64,000 nt of DNA from Novakomyces olei (GCA_016906335.1 JADEYG010000007.1:248001-312000), one strand, 5' to 3'. Numbered from the stretch's first letter, positions 1 to 13,814 are shown. Made by a program: numbers and translations. Notes: generated by a model from the letters alone, not told the origin.

Positions 1-258
1 AGCCAACAAATCCGCGCCGAGAGCACCTTGCTGTCCGGACCGAGGCGTGCTCTCCTTAAGAAAGCGGGTTGGGCCATACCCGCGGAGATGAGGTATGAGG
101 CAACGGAAACCTTTTTCGCTTAATTGTGTACTGACACTGTCGTACGCGTGTACACTGTAGGGGAATCCATGCAGCAGAATTACAGGCAAACCGTCTGATT
201 TTCCCCTTTCCACGTATCCTACCTTGAGCACGCCCGCATCGACCTGTTTGTCCGCCAT
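1..258 (-). CDS. Alpha/beta hydrolase (epoxide-hydrolase-like), 5' part only; truncated by window edge
   Basis: Hand translation from ATG 258: MADKQVDAGVLKVGYVERGKSDGLPVILLHGFPYSVHAYDSV...GFRCLIPHLRGYGPTRFL...RSGQQGALGADLLA. HGFP oxyanion motif and LRGYG motif present; no intron in the visible part; absent from the ORF track. Confidence 0.85.
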   Translation of the reverse strand, partial: MADKQVDAGVLKVGYVERGKSDGLPVILLHGFPYSVHAYDSVSTQLSEKGFRCLIPHLRGYGPTRFLKESTPRSGQQGALGADLLA

Positions 259-943
259 AGACGGCAGACGGCTCGAAATGTGCAAATCAACTGCTCATCT
301 TCCCCACAATAACAGATATGACTTGAAATTTTTATTATTATGCTAAATTAAGGCTCAATTAGCGAGTGGAAATGATGTATAGGCATGATAAGAATATGAA
401 GCAGAATCTGTACTACATTGCAGCTCAATAGTACAGCAACAAGGTTACATGATCTATGGCATACGGCCGCTTTCTACAGGCAAAGGCCTGATCGTCCCAA
501 CACTAATGTAAGGATCTCTCATTAGAGTCATACCTTTTGTATAGATAATGTAGGAGGTATTATTCCAAGATTGGCCTTGATTGACTTGGGACGGGTCTGA
601 ACCACTGCAAATTGTATCCGCATATTGTATCCGCATATTGTATTCGCCTACAGCGCGTACATAATCTAATTTATTTCGTCTAGTTGGAAGTAGCATTACC
701 GTCACCCGTCTATATAATATTCTATGGAAGGCAAAAGGCCACCTTCGCCATTGACAACTTTCATTCAGAGTCCATAATTCCAGGATTTCACATCGTCCGC
801 CTCATAAATATGCCCAAATAACTTTATAATATTGTGTTAATTTGTGGATTATAGTCGTCTGCTAATTAACATATAAGCCAAGTTGGGCCTTTATAAATAG
901 CACAGGTGCGCCCTTTAAGGGCCAGAACGCGAATGATTCTAAT

Positions 944-2052
944 ATGGAAGATGCCGTTGTCCAGAGCATATTAGATCTTGAACCAGAAGGCCCTAAAATC
1001 ACACCCATCAAGGCTGATGAAGGGGCTGATCCATTGGCTCCAATTGCCTATCCTACACAATATGTCGCAGCATCAGACGTTTTCCGGGGAATGATCAAGC
1101 AAGGCGAGTTCTCCAAGAGAGCCATGGAGCTTTGCAACTTAATTCTCAAATACAATCCAGCACACTACACTGCGTGGTAGGTTCGTTTTCACGCTTTTTG
1201 TTAAATAATTAGGGACTATCGTGCAAAGTGCGTGCAAAAGCTAAGAATCGATCCGCAAGACGAATTGCTATGGGCCCAAGCTATCGCGGAAAGGTCGCCC
1301 AAAAACTTTCAAATATGGCGCTATCGTCAAGTCATGCTGGAAGAATTAGGACCAACTGCAAATGTGTCTGCAGAGTTGGATTTCATTGGCGAGATGCTGG
1401 ATGATGATGCCAAAAACTATCACGTTTGGTCGCACAGGTATTGTATACTTGATGTCCCTAGGCTAATAAACAGGCAGTGGGTTTGCCAACGCTTTGAAAA
1501 ATGGGACCAGGAATTGGCATTTGTTGATCGGTTACTGGACGAGGATGTTTTTAATAATTCAGCTTACAGTCATCGCTGGCTCGTGCAAGTGGCTCGCAAA
1601 TTGGATAAACAAAACAAAGACAGTCAAAGTGCTGAAGTGTTTGATTTAGCCCAAGAAGTCGCTTTCGCTGTTCGTCGTATCAACAGTAAAGTAGACAATG
1701 AGGCGGCATGGAATTATCTAGTAGGGTATACATTTAGAAAGGATACAAAGAATACCGACTAATTCAGGTTTAGTCTTTCCCGGTTAAATGATGAAGCCAG
1801 CGAGAAAGTGGCAGAGGTCGCACGGTATTTTACAAGGAGCGTACCTGATTCTATGCACGCTTGGGACGCGCTCGCGCAAGTCGCAAATGGAAAAATTGAC
1901 GCCAAAGAACTTGAACATGTAAGCCAAAACGAATTTCATTATATTTGAAAACTAATTCAAAGGCATACACTAAACTTGTGGAAAAAGATTCCTTGCGAAA
2001 GGCGTATTGGCAGCAAAAGTTAGATCAGGCTAGGCCGGCACATGTAGCATAA
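944..2052 (+). CDS. RAM2: Protein farnesyltransferase/geranylgeranyltransferase-I alpha subunit
   Basis: PPTA repeats (NPAHYTAWDYR, PKNFQIWRYR, AKNYHVWSHRQW, NNSAYSHR, NEAAWNYL). Four short introns (first two 1177-1212 and 1438-1473); stop TAA 2050-2052. Confidence 0.93.
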
Positions 2053-2281
2053 AAACAATTTTGCGCGTTGAAAATCGGTAAGAGCAGACCAAATAATGTG
2101 AAGAACACAAATGATTCTAGCACAAGATCTGCCCATAGTTGAATGATATAGACGCAGAGGCGCAAAGACGCATTCTATATTTAAGCTAGTTAAGAATGTA
2201 GGAGGATTACGTGAGTGGTGTGACAGCTGATATAATTACAATGCCATACTAACGCCATTTAAAACTTTATAAACTCTGTAG

Positions 2282-2805
2282 TTATCTCCAACCTTCCGTA
2301 CTCGGACTGTCGACCGGTATCCGCAGCTCGGGAGGAAAGTACTGTGGCTCCCGCTGAGGATCTTTTGGCAGGGATACTTCGTAAACGGCCGGATATATCT
2401 GCTTGAGAACATCACAAGCATGCTTCATTTTCGCAAACATGCGCTCCAAATCCTTTTCTCGCTGCTCACGTTCCCGTCGCTTCAGAATAAGCCAGGCTTG
2501 AGTTATAGCGTCATGGCGGATGGACTGTGACTGGCTAAACCGAGGTGGCAAAGTCCGCAAAGGATAATCAACAGCACGCATGGTAGCCGCTTAAAAGTTA
2601 ATATGAATGAAGAATTAAGGATGTTACCCTCTCGTGGATCAGCTTTGTCAGACGCAGCCTTCTTCTTCTTGTTTGATGTTGTAATAACCTGTTTTCTTTT
2701 CGGCGCAGGCGCAGACTTTCCACCTTTTGTTGCCATGCATCTCAATAAAGACGGAGCCGAGGAACGATACGCCTGAGGGGCCAATGTCCGCCTGAGGCAG
2801 GTCAT
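2282..2805 (-). CDS. MRPL28: Mitochondrial ribosomal protein mL40 (MRPL28)
   Basis: Basic presequence, then IRHDAITQAW...ERMFAKMKHAC...FPPELRIPVDSP typical of mL40. One intron 2590-2627 joins the two ORFs in frame. Confidence 0.8.
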
Positions 2806-2873
2806 GCCGCTTACTGCCCGCATTGCACACTTGTGACTGAATTTTTTGCTCTATAATATAAATTTGTAGATAA

Positions 2874-2975
<102 letters not shown>

Positions 2976-3105
2976 TGATGCTTTATGATAAACCTGTTGG
3001 CAATCTGTGCCGTGCAAAATCACTCCCTTGCAGTTTTGTAATCCATTCGATTTTCGATTGTTCTGCGGCACAAACAGACTCTGCGGAGGCCAAGATCGCT
3101 TGAAG

Positions 3106-3952
3106 ATGCCTCAAGTTTTTCAGGTACAATACTTGAATCACATGTATACTAATTAACTAGCCTTCAAACCAGATCAAACTTACAAATGTGTCGATTGTAA
3201 AGTATCGTAAAGGAGGGAAGAGGTTTGAGATCGCATGCTACAAGAACAAGGTGCTAGAATGGCGCAGCAATGTGTACGTTTGCACCTAAAAGGTTTGCTT
3301 AATGGAAGACTAATTGCGTAGGGAAACTGATTTAGATGAAGTTGTACAGATTGGCTCTGTATTCACTAACGTCTCTAAAGGACTAGTTGCTCCAAATGGC
3401 GATTTACAAAAAGTTTTTGGAACCACTGATACAGATACGATTATTAAAGAAATATTACGTAAAGGAGATTTGCAAGTGGGCGAAAAAGAACGGCAGCACA
3501 AAATGGATTCGACTTACAAAGATATCGTGCAAATGATTAGCGAAAAATGCGTAAATCCAGAGACCAAAAGGCCGTATACTACCAACATGATTGATAAGGC
3601 AGTACAGGAACTTGGCTATTCAGTTTCTACAACCAAATCTGCAAAGAGCCAGGCTCTTGATGTAATTAAACAGCTACGGGAAAAAGGAAATATCAATATC
3701 GCTAGAGCACGAATGCGTATTCGACTTACGTGCGCCGCTAAAGATGCCAAGCGCTTCAAGGATCGGCTGCATTCGCTTCTCTCACAAGTAGAAGACGAAG
3801 ACTGGGGACAGGAATATGAGCTCGTAGCTTTTATTGATCCTGGAACTTTTCGAACAATTGATGATCTATTACGTAATGAAACACGTGGACAAGGCCAAAT
3901 AGAGCTTTTGGATATGCACGAGGCAACAGCAGGCGACGAGCGATTTGACTAG
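3106..3952 (+). CDS. SDO1: Ribosome maturation factor Sdo1/SBDS
   Basis: [37 protein letters not shown]...ETDLDEVVQ...[11 protein letters not shown]; introns 3124-3160 and 3274-3321. Confidence 0.97.
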
Positions 3953-3982
3953 AGATTAATATGCTTATTATTGTTTTCCTTC

Positions 3983-3986
<4 letters not shown>

Positions 3987-4021
<35 letters not shown>
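3987..4021. repeat. Poly(T) tract (35 nt) just 3' of SDO1
   Basis: Homopolymer run. Confidence 0.95.
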
Positions 4022-4022
<1 letters not shown>

Positions 4023-4410
4023 GTTAGCGTAATCGAATGAGATTCTACCGCCTAGATTTAGAATGCCGATATCTGCAGGATTTGTTTATTGCTACATTCA
4101 ATCAATCATCGTTTGCACTACATTCATCATGGAATGCATTTCAGAGTGATCGTAAGATTTGTAGAACCAAGTGTAATTGCGCATGCTATTTTCTCTCTAT
4201 CCACTCTTTCCTTTCCCTTACTTTGTTTTGCCTTTTTTTCCCCCCCTTTCCCCCTAAATTGAAACTTCCAATTCTCTGAAATATGGTGCATGCAAATACC
4301 GGACGAGATATGCAGCAAGGCCTACTCTAGCAATAGATGATTGTAATAAGAACCCAAACAAAAGAGGAGATGTAATAACCTTTTACTTCTATAGTACAAC
4401 AAGACACCGA

Positions 4411-4971
4411 TCAAGGAAGCCATTTTGGTTCGGGGTATGCACGGGCTATCGCTTTCGCAGTGATAAGACCCATTGGAACGGGACCGTAGGACCGGCTATC
4501 GAGGGATCCGGATAGATTATCGCCCACCAGCCAGACATGGGCTGGTGGCACTGTGACATACTCAAACAATTCTGGAGGTCGGGAAGGGTCAACGCAAACA
4601 ATATCGCCCGGCTTCCATTAGCGACGAGTATTGAAAGGGCATGCACACTGTAATACAAGAGTGCCGAGATGCAGGCCACTTACCATTCCTATAACACGTT
4701 TGCAAATCCAAACATCTGGACTAGTAGGCTTTTTCGCCACTACCAGGTCCCCGAACGAAATGCCTCGGCCATACTTGTAACGCCATTTGTCTAGTAACAG
4801 GATATCGCCAGCGACGTTCAATGTCGGTAGCATTGAAGGGCCCATTGTCGCATGCAATTCGTAGCAATGCTCCCTGAAACAGTGAACGGCAATCCCTATT
4901 TGAACTGACCATAATGCATAGCGCAGGGCACTTGCAGCCCGGCCAGGCGCCGCCCGAGCTCCTGCACTCAT
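4411..4971 (-). CDS. IMP1: Mitochondrial inner membrane protease subunit 1
   Basis: GPSMLPTL (catalytic Ser), ICKRVIGMPGD (Lys), HVWLVGDN..SLDSRSYGPVPMGL; one intron; stop TGA 4411-4413. Confidence 0.9.
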
Positions 4972-5252
4972 GGCATTAACGTCGATATAGTTTCAATTAA
5001 AACGTAAAAAACTATAATAACCTATAATAAATCCGTAATAAATCTATATTAAATATACTACCATAACTATACTATAATAAAATATACTATAAGAAAAGAT
5101 ACTTTAATAAAAATATAATAACTCTATAATAGCTCTAATAAATTTATAAAACCTATAATAAATCTAAAGAATAATATTAAGTTCTGATAACCAATGTATA
5201 ATAATGAAATAGCACGTTAAAACATGATTTATTAATAGCACAATGCAATGCA

Positions 5253-5568
5253 ATGGCTAGCCACGCCCGCAGAGAATCAAAAGACGTCACGGCTTTAGAC
5301 GCCGACGGGCGTAGACGCCTCGAAGGGTAGATCAATGTGTTTTTCACTGTTAATCATGCAGGCAAGCAATGTCCCTGCAACGAAAAGTTCAAGGTAAGAA
5401 AGCTTGCCATCGTGCACGGTAGAAGCAGCCCTAACAGCAGAAATTCTGGACGATATCGAGCGAGTCAAAGCGGACCATGATAACATTGTGTCAGAGCGCG
5501 AGCTTTTATCTGAATATATTGGGAATATGATGTCGAAGGAGAATACCGCCAATGCTGGGCGAAAGTAA
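5253..5568 (+). CDS. Short coiled-coil protein (SCOC/Slo1-like)
   Basis: Three exons give MASHARRESKDVTALDADGRRRLEGQAMSLQRKVQEILDDIERVKADHDNIVSERELLSEYIGNMMSKENTANAGRK; L..YIGN.M is typical of SCOC/Slo1. Absent from the ORF track. Confidence 0.75.
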
Positions 5569-5848
5569 TGATCGGTCTCTGTACGACAAACGCGGGAAGC
5601 GAGCAAGCGCATGGCTCAGCTTGGCTTTGGCTCAATCTTTGGCACTGCCGATTACTTATTGGACAACGACTCGTGTATAGAAGACCACTTTTCTAGAAAG
5701 CGCATGTACTGCTCGCAAGACTGCCATTGTCTTGTGCCATTACCCTACCTGCACTGCCATTTGCATGAAAATCAAACTGACTTGAAACGAAATTACTAAT
5801 TAACGAAATAACTTGTACCTATACATATGACTAAAGCTTGAACCGACT

Positions 5849-7850
5849 TTATCGCCATCTGCCCTCAGTGAGCTCATCATCATCCAGCGTATCGTCCCTG
5901 CTGCCTGTCGCAGGCGCACCGTTTGCGGCTAATATGCCGCTGTTGGGTTGGACAATAGAAGCTTGAGCCGGCTGCTGGTTCCGCACCCATTCTAGTTTTA
6001 CTTTTCCAACAGCAGGAATCTCAGCTGAAGCACTGTTGTAAAACCTTTCTGCTGTTTTACGGTCCTTGAAATTGATCAACTTTGCATCTTGGCCCCGATC
6101 TTCAATCGAGTCGAAATCACCAGCAGTAAACAAAAACTGTCGAAAATTGTCCAGTTTATCTCCCGGTATATCGCTAACCAGTACTGACTTTGGCCGATTA
6201 TCAAGACGCATGGCACGTGACGCGGCAAAGGCGTCGGCAGATCCTCCACGGATCCCTCCACGTACAAAGCCCGCTCCTCGTCCACGATAACCGCCCCGTC
6301 CACGCATTACCGTTCCTGTATGGCCATATCCTGGCTGGCCATGTCCTGACTGGCCATGCCCTTCCGCAACTTCGACTCCAAGGCGAGAAGCCTCTTCCTT
6401 TAATGCTGCTAATTGAGCTGCCAAGGCCTTTTCCCGTGATTGTGCATCTCCGTCATCGACAGAAGCAGTCGAGCCAAGTTTATTCATAAGCGACTTTTGT
6501 GCTTCCATTTGCTTATCCAGCAATTCCTTCTTTTGCCTTTCCAATTCTTCAACCGCTCTTTGGTGAGCTAATTTTTGTTTCAATCTTTGTTCGTGTACTT
6601 TTTGTTTTTCCGCCAATTGCTTTTTGAACTCGTCCATGTCTATAGCAGGCTCCTCTGGAGTTTCTGATCGAGAATTTGCAGCTGATGACTGCCTATTCCT
6701 GGCCCAAAATATTTTAACAAAACGGTTGTTGAAAATTGGAACTGGTGATCGGTAAACGGAGTTGGCCTGGTCCCAGTTTGAAAATGATACTCTGCATCTA
6801 TTATTGTAATAATCCACCTTCAAAGCAGTAATTTCCCCGTATCGCGAAAAATATTCGCGTATCAAGTCTTCCGACATGTTTTCTGGAGGTATATTTTCAA
6901 TGTTCAGTGTTGTATTGGTCTTGTCGTAAGACGGACCTTTGTGGCTCTGTGAATCGTCCCTGGTCTGGTAACCACGTCGATAATCGTGCCCACGGCCTCC
7001 ATGGTAGCCTCCTCTGCCATTATGATGAGTGTTATTTCCTCCCAAAGGCATGTTTAGCATCATTTGCACTACTTCTGGGGATTGCATCATTCCTGGTGCA
7101 AAAGAAGGTACTGGCACCGGGGGCATACCCGCCATACTTTCCGTGCCCGGTGCATAAGGCGTAGAACCCATAAAAGGCGGAATAGGCTGAAGCGGATTAT
7201 AACCTTCCTGTACTTGGAAGTCTTTGTCTGAAACAAATTAAAAAGGTCAGCAAGCATTGGGACTCGTGTATTTCAACCTACCTGAGCGGCCAAAAGGCTG
7301 CCTATAATTTACTGGATTTCCAGTGCGAGTGTACCCATTTGAGCTCACACCATCTTCAGGGTTCCAGTCTCTTGATCTTCTCGGCCGAATACCTTGCTGA
7401 GTAAGCTGCCTCTTGTACTCGTTATTCTTAACTCCGTTGCTGTCGTCGTTATCATCGTGCAAACGTTTCTTTTGACTAAACTGAGCAGCATTGAACGAGC
7501 CAGTAGACTGAGGAGGGCCAACGTTCACACGAGCCTTTGAGGCATCTTGTTGACCGCCAAGGTAAGACTTTGTTTGTAGCGACGTAACTATATCGTCTAC
7601 GAATTTTCGTGTCGCATCCCCTAAAAAATCGTCGAGTTGTGCGTAGCAAAGCTCACGTACTTGGTCCACTGGCATTTCATGCTTAAGTAAAGCAAGGACA
7701 TAGTCGCTGAGAACATCGCTGTCCGCATCTGATCTGCGTGAAATATTAGCAATCTCCATTGTTGCTCAAGGCCTTTTGATCTTACATGGGCTCAAGCGTT
7801 CTAGCTATAAACACTTTCAAAGCGTCAGTGTCTTTTTCCTGAAACAGCAT
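5849..7850 (-). CDS. PWI + RRM RNA-binding protein, RBM26/27 (Rmn1-like)
   Basis: N-terminal PWI-like (LEPISDADSDVLSDYVLALLKH), RRM (TLNIENIP...IFNNRFVKIFW), coiled coil, RGG, RLDNRP + second RRM; two introns. Confidence 0.88.
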
Positions 7851-8326
7851 GCTTGAAACGTCGTCAGGATCGACTCTTGGTCTGCTCACAGCGCGAGCCT
7901 TGCTATTCTTATTGACGAAGGCGTCTGATTCTATGCTAAGAGTGCAGGCGTTATTTCGCCCCTATATCGATCGTAGCACAAAAAAATCAGGCAGGGAGAA
8001 ATTTCAGCACCAAAGAGGAGTATTTTTACGATTTTTCTCTTCTCATTTATCCACCTAATAATATCGTATTTTCCCTGAGATTATTATTAATTAATAGTAT
8101 TATTCCCTATATTTGCTTGCTTCATATTTTATTAAAACCACTGTCTCCGAAATGTAGTTTATTTGATACCCATATTTTGAACGACTAATAAATATTTAGC
8201 CAATAGATCTCGAATTTATTATTAAATTAAAATAGCTTGTAATATATCAATTACAAAAGCCATGCATCATTATTGTTACACAGAATGCCAAATTTAAACA
8301 AACGCTTCAAGCCATAGAGTCGACTC

Positions 8327-9013
8327 TTATTTACGCCGCTCAGGCTTCCATTTATATATAGGAGCGCCATCAGCGTCAGCTCCAACTTTTCGCCGAGGCC
8401 CTTTACCTTGCAAGTCACGCTGCAATTTAATTTCCTTTGCGATACGCTCAATCTGCTCCAAACGGGTCTCATGAGCCTGCAATAATCGTCGCGTACGGCT
8501 CGTGCCTTCCTCCGTAACTTGTGGTTTTCCGTCCGCAGGTGCTTCTACCGTACTATCTTCTTCTTTGAAAAGCGTATGCTCCCCCGTACTACTGCAGCCA
8601 AGCGGCCGGTGTATCTCTGAACGCAGCCTCTCAATCGTCTATGAATTAGCGCCTAGAATCATGAAGCAGTAGCTTTATACGTTTCTCTCGGTAGCCGCTA
8701 GAGTGCTAATATAGCCCGCATCCTGTGTGCGCAGTATGCGAAGCTCCTCCTCTGTGAGTGCTGCATTGCCACGATCCCCGATAGCAATGCCCTGGCGCGT
8801 GCGCTTCCGCACCATGCCAAAGTAAAATTCATCAGGATTGCGGTTGGCTGCAATCTCCTGTAGTCGTTGAAGCCGAGCCTGCTTTGACTTGTAATCAAGC
8901 GCACGCAGCTTGTAATCTTTCTTCTTTTCTAAAAGCCCCAGACGCGCTCTCCGCGCTGGCTGAGACCGTTCTTTATGGTTGCGCCGAGGTAGCGCATTTC
9001 GCAAAGACGACAT
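8327..9013 (-). CDS. UTP11: U3 snoRNP/SSU processome subunit Utp11
   Basis: [19 protein letters not shown]...[13 protein letters not shown]...[11 protein letters not shown]-terminus YKWKPERRK; one intron near 8640-8680. Confidence 0.95.
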
Positions 9014-9507
9014 TTTCAACCTCGACAACGTCTGTACCGTCTGCTCTCTCTGCGGAAGCGCAGTCGTCAACCAAATTGCGACGTGTAAGTTTTCGAGCTG
9101 CCTTTTCCCAGTTTTGAATAGTATAAAAATTTATATGCAGACACAAATATATAGACTTTTCTATTATGTAAGTTTATATTGGACCTCAAAGAGATAATCA
9201 GCTATAAAGTAGGCTTTAGGCGACCGTTAATAATAACCAATATTAGTGAGGTATACAAAAAGGTCAAAAGGTCAATGGAGATAAGCACTAGAGTATACAT
9301 AAGAATATAAACGAAATAATATAAACATGTTTATAAAGAATATAAACGTCTATATAGGAGTGTTGTCATCATTGTAGGAGCAGCAAATGTGTGCAAAGCT
9401 CCCAATTCGTGGGCCATAAAAACATATTGACCAGGCTTATTGACTGATTAAAATGCCGCGCAAATTAGCAATGAACCATTGAATTTGGTATTGGTTTGGT
9501 TTTTGCA

Positions 9508-12500
9508 ATGCACAGCAAACTGTCACAGGATAACCTTGACCAGCTTTATACGTATACACTATCCCTTCCCTTTTATCTCTAATGGCTCGACTAACGTTTG
9601 CAAAGAATCACATTAAAATGTGCCTATTTGCAGCATGTATTTGACCCGGAATTCGTTCGCACGCATCTGAATGGAGGCGCAGTTTCGGCTGCTTCAAATG
9701 GTGCACCCACCTCTGAATCAGTGTCTTCATCGGCCGAGATCTCCGGGGACCTGAGGTGCAACAAGGAGGTCATCAAACAACTTAAAAACACGGTGGAAGC
9801 CATTTCAATGGGTTCGAACAAGCAGTACCGAGAGCCGCTTCTGAGGGCCAGCTTTGGGGTTTTCTATTCATATTTCGTCGAAAAGAATACGTTCAAGCAA
9901 GCAAAGGAGGAGCGTCGATTGGAGAGCCTTATCCTGATGTTTGTTAGCCGCGCTACAGCAGAAATGGCTAAACGTAATATCCCTGATGCAAAATCTATTG
10001 TGGATCAACATGCAGTCAAGTTTTTGGAGGTTTTGCGTAGCCTTGTGCAAAGCTACGAACCAGCATCGCGGTTTAAATTAGACCTGATTGAGCAATTAAC
10101 GCGGTACCAAAACAAATTGCAGTCCTCATCGGAAGAAATTGTAGCTGACGCTGCTGTCAAGTCATTAGACATCTACAAAATGACGATGGTTATGACGGTA
10201 GGATCGGTTTTTAAAAAACCACATGTTCTTTTACAGCGCGATGTTGATAAACTTAAAGAGACAGTGACGCCACAGGTAAATGTTGCAGTGTAGCACATTC
10301 AAACTAATGACTTTTAGCGCGCTCTCGACGACCTTGTGGCTTTGTATGAACGAACAGCGAATGATGTGGTGCTGGGCGAAGATGATTTCTCCTCTCTCCA
10401 GTCGTATTCTGTGTGGAAATTGCAAGAACAACAAGCTTTGTCGCAATTGGCTCAGAGTATAATCGTGAGTTACCCTAATCGCAAGCTGGAGTTTTCTCCC
10501 AGAGGCACATCCCCTGTAAGAAATGGAGCAGCTGGCCAGACACAAGGGAGCTCTAATCCTCCGAGCCGTTCTGGGTCCGTGAAATCGTCCACTTCTTCAA
10601 GGCGCCGCTCTATTTTTTCGATCACTAGCTCTCAATACTCAAAGCGGCTGGCTCCGTCTTTGAGCAATACGGAAAATAACAAGGAGCTTAACTTCGTGCC
10701 CCTGGAGCCTGAGCAAGCATTTAAAGCTTTACTTGAAATTGTGCTCGAATCTGTTGATATGAAGGCTATAACCGTTACTGATTTGTTGCCAAAGCCCATA
10801 ATGGATTTGATCAGCGAATGCTGTCTCCGATGGCGGATACGAAAATCTTCACGTGCGGCTTTGCTACTAAATTTATGGAAAGAGCGGTACCTCGATGAAC
10901 AGGCGTCGCCGGAAGATTTAAAGCTTATGTTTGACTACGTTGACCATCTTGTGAAATCTTATCCGATCGACACTTGGTGCTTTATTGATGTAAGTATTCG
11001 TGCGCCATGAAACATGTAGTTCTAATTATTTTAGCGCGATATCTTTCTCGACTCTTTAATAGCTTTATCCGACAATATTTTCAGGGATTTGTTTCAATGC
11101 CTTTCAAACCTGTTTGAAGAACCATTTCAATCACCTGGGCCATTGCTTGAACTAGAAGAATGCTACATCATGACAGCCCCGTTTTTCAGTGAAAGTTTAG
11201 CTCACATTAACTCTAACTGCATCGAGCTAAGATCTGGCGTAGCGGTATCTTTTCACGTCTTTTTTAATATTTTTCTAAACGTTTTAGGCTGCAACGAAAG
11301 CATTCTATAATGAGCAAACTAGAGGCTGGACCGATAACTGTGAGAGTATTGATGATCTTGTAATGACTGCCGAAGAACTCGTCAAGTCTATAGGCAAAAT
11401 TTGCTCCCGATTTAGGCATTCTCTGTTCGGGTAAGCCTTGCTAATTTATCACTTGAAGCTAATCGTTTATAAAGCCGTGTTGATGTGGCTTCCATTATTA
11501 AAATCACCCACTATCGACTCTTTGTCGAAGACTTTGTGAAGATTGCTGCTGAATTTATACCAGAGGAATCGGATTCGCTTGAGCCGGATGATTTTGATGC
11601 AATATTCTTGCTTAACACAATGCAAAGCCGATATATAGAGACTTTTAAATCGATACTTGGGGAAGCTAAAGAAGATTCCTTCATCGAATCTGAGCCGGAT
11701 GAGACCGATTTGCTTGATTGGCTTGATCGAATTCAGACGACATTTATGCATAGTGTTTGTCCAATTCTTATGGAATGGCTATCTCGCACTGAATTGAAAG
11801 TGATGGAATGGGTGCGATTGGCTTTGGAAAAGGATAGATTTGTGTCTGAGGAGCAAAATATTATAAGTTCTTCAGTGATTGATGTCTTTCATTCGGTGAC
11901 ACAGTCGTTTGAGGTGGTAAAACAGCTTGACTGGCCTTTGGGCATTGAGCGTGCCGATGTGTATACACAATTCTCAAGAATCATTTGGAGAGTCATTGTC
12001 CAGTATGCCCGAAGCATTGAAGATCTGTACTCGAGAGAAATGCTACCTCCACCGTCGAGAGCCCCTACCACCACTCAAGAAAAATGGATAACAATGGCAA
12101 AAGATGCAATCAACCGGCAAGAAAAAATCGAACCAGTTTATTTTACTCCAGAGGTATTTATTTAATACAAGCGAGCTGTACTGCTGTTTTAGAATATAGC
12201 ATTCAAGTTCTACCGACTTGATAGTTTTTTTTTTCAAAGTTGTTTTATTCCTCTTTTCAATGCTTTTGAACAAGCACAACTTGTTTTTATTATAAATTAT
12301 TAGTTATTAATTTTTATTAATTATTGATTATTAATCTTCTTTTAAATTTTAATTTTGTTGAAGATTTAAAGTGGTCACGAAACTAACGTTAGTCTTGTGT
12401 TAAAATCAACAATATCGAGTTTGCGAGACATGAGGTTGAGAAACTGGAAGAAGTGTTTGAGGCGCCTGCGGTCTCCGAACTGATGAAAAAATACCATCCG

Positions 12501-13814
12501 GAAAAAGCTCCAAGTTCAAAGTCAAAAGTGGCATTTGCTATTAAGCTAATAGGGGCCGAAGATTTGAAAACGCATGGGCTGGCGAATTCTTGTAATTCTT
12601 ATGCCGTTATGAACATTGACAAAGCTCAAAGAGTCGGGAAAACGAAGACAATACAAAGTTCCACCAATCCCAGATGGGATGAAACGTTTGAGGTCAACTC
12701 TGCCGGAATGCTGATGCTTACCATAACTGTCTGGCATAGGGATCGTTTTGGTGAGCATCATATATTAGGTCGCTGTCACCCGCGATTAGATCCAAAGCTA
12801 TTTTCCGATTTATTGCCGCGCATGATCTGGCTCGAACTCGATGTACAGGGAAGAATTCTGATCAGAGTCAGTGTGGAAGGCGAGAAAAACGATGCTTTAT
12901 TTTATTTTGGACGGTCGTACAGGGCACTTCAGCGAGCTGAAGATGATATGATCAATGTTTTGGTTACAAAAATGAGCCCATTTATGCACAATTGCCTCTC
13001 AATTTCCGTGATTAAGGGGTTTTCTGGCCGTGCGATTGACATGTCAAGGACCATTAATCAAGTGTCCAGTTTACTTGGCCGCACTGGGCTAAATATCAAC
13101 CAGCGACCAGTAGCGACATTTGCTAATTCTGATGCTGAGACACCATCAGACGCTGAGATTGAGGGTGCAATATCATCGCTGCTCGATTACTTTGACGCGA
13201 ATTTTGGAGTATTGAAACAAAATTTGAGTCCCAAGGCGTTCATTAAGACAATGTCGGCAGTCTGGGATGACGTGTTATACGCACTAGAGTCTCTCATGTT
13301 GCCCACGCTGAAAGTTTCCATGTCCGCGACAGTAAAGCCTTTGAGTCCTGTTGAATTGGGAATTGTGGAAAAATGGCTACAATTTTTGAAAAGCTATTTC
13401 AATGCTGAAGGCGATGGAGTTCCGATCGATGTTTTGGAGAATTTCCGGTACGAGCTGCTTATCAGATTAAGGGAGCTGTATATGGAGAGTCCGGACGAGC
13501 TTATGGCCAAGTACGATTATATTGCCAACAGCGAATTCAAGAAAATACTGCCGCACGATGTTGTGTCGACGGAGTGGACAACGAGCTCCTTTTACCGCCA
13601 AGGAACGATAAAAACTAATAGAAGCAATCTTCCTAAATTTCGTCACAGTAGTGAAGGCGAAAATTTACGACAGCAGGCTGATGTAATTTTACGTCTTTTA
13701 CAGATGCGACCAAACACTGGTGACTTTATTCAATCTCGATTAAAGCAGCGTCGGCGCGTTGAGTCCCTAGCCGCTGCGCAAGCGGGGTTTTTGGATATTT
13801 CTTTGCGTAGGTAA
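9508..13814 (+). CDS. Munc13-homology/C2-domain protein (Ync13-like)
   Basis: Multi-exon chain of ORFs; MHD-like WVRLALEKDRF..SSSVIDVF, C2 domain (KTKTIQSSTNPRWDETFE), DYFDANFGVL; about six introns; start inferred. Confidence 0.8.

Noticed and set aside
454-705. 83-aa ORF between the hydrolase and RAM2
   Set aside because: Non-ATG start, no motif, and located in a divergent promoter region.
5295-5612. 105-aa minus-strand ORF
   Set aside because: Antisense to the better-supported spliced SCOC-like gene.
11246-11287. Intron with GTATCTTTT donor resembling a U12-type 5' splice site
   Set aside because: Lacks the +6 C and a TCCTTAAC branch; degenerate donors are common here, so it is likely U2-type.
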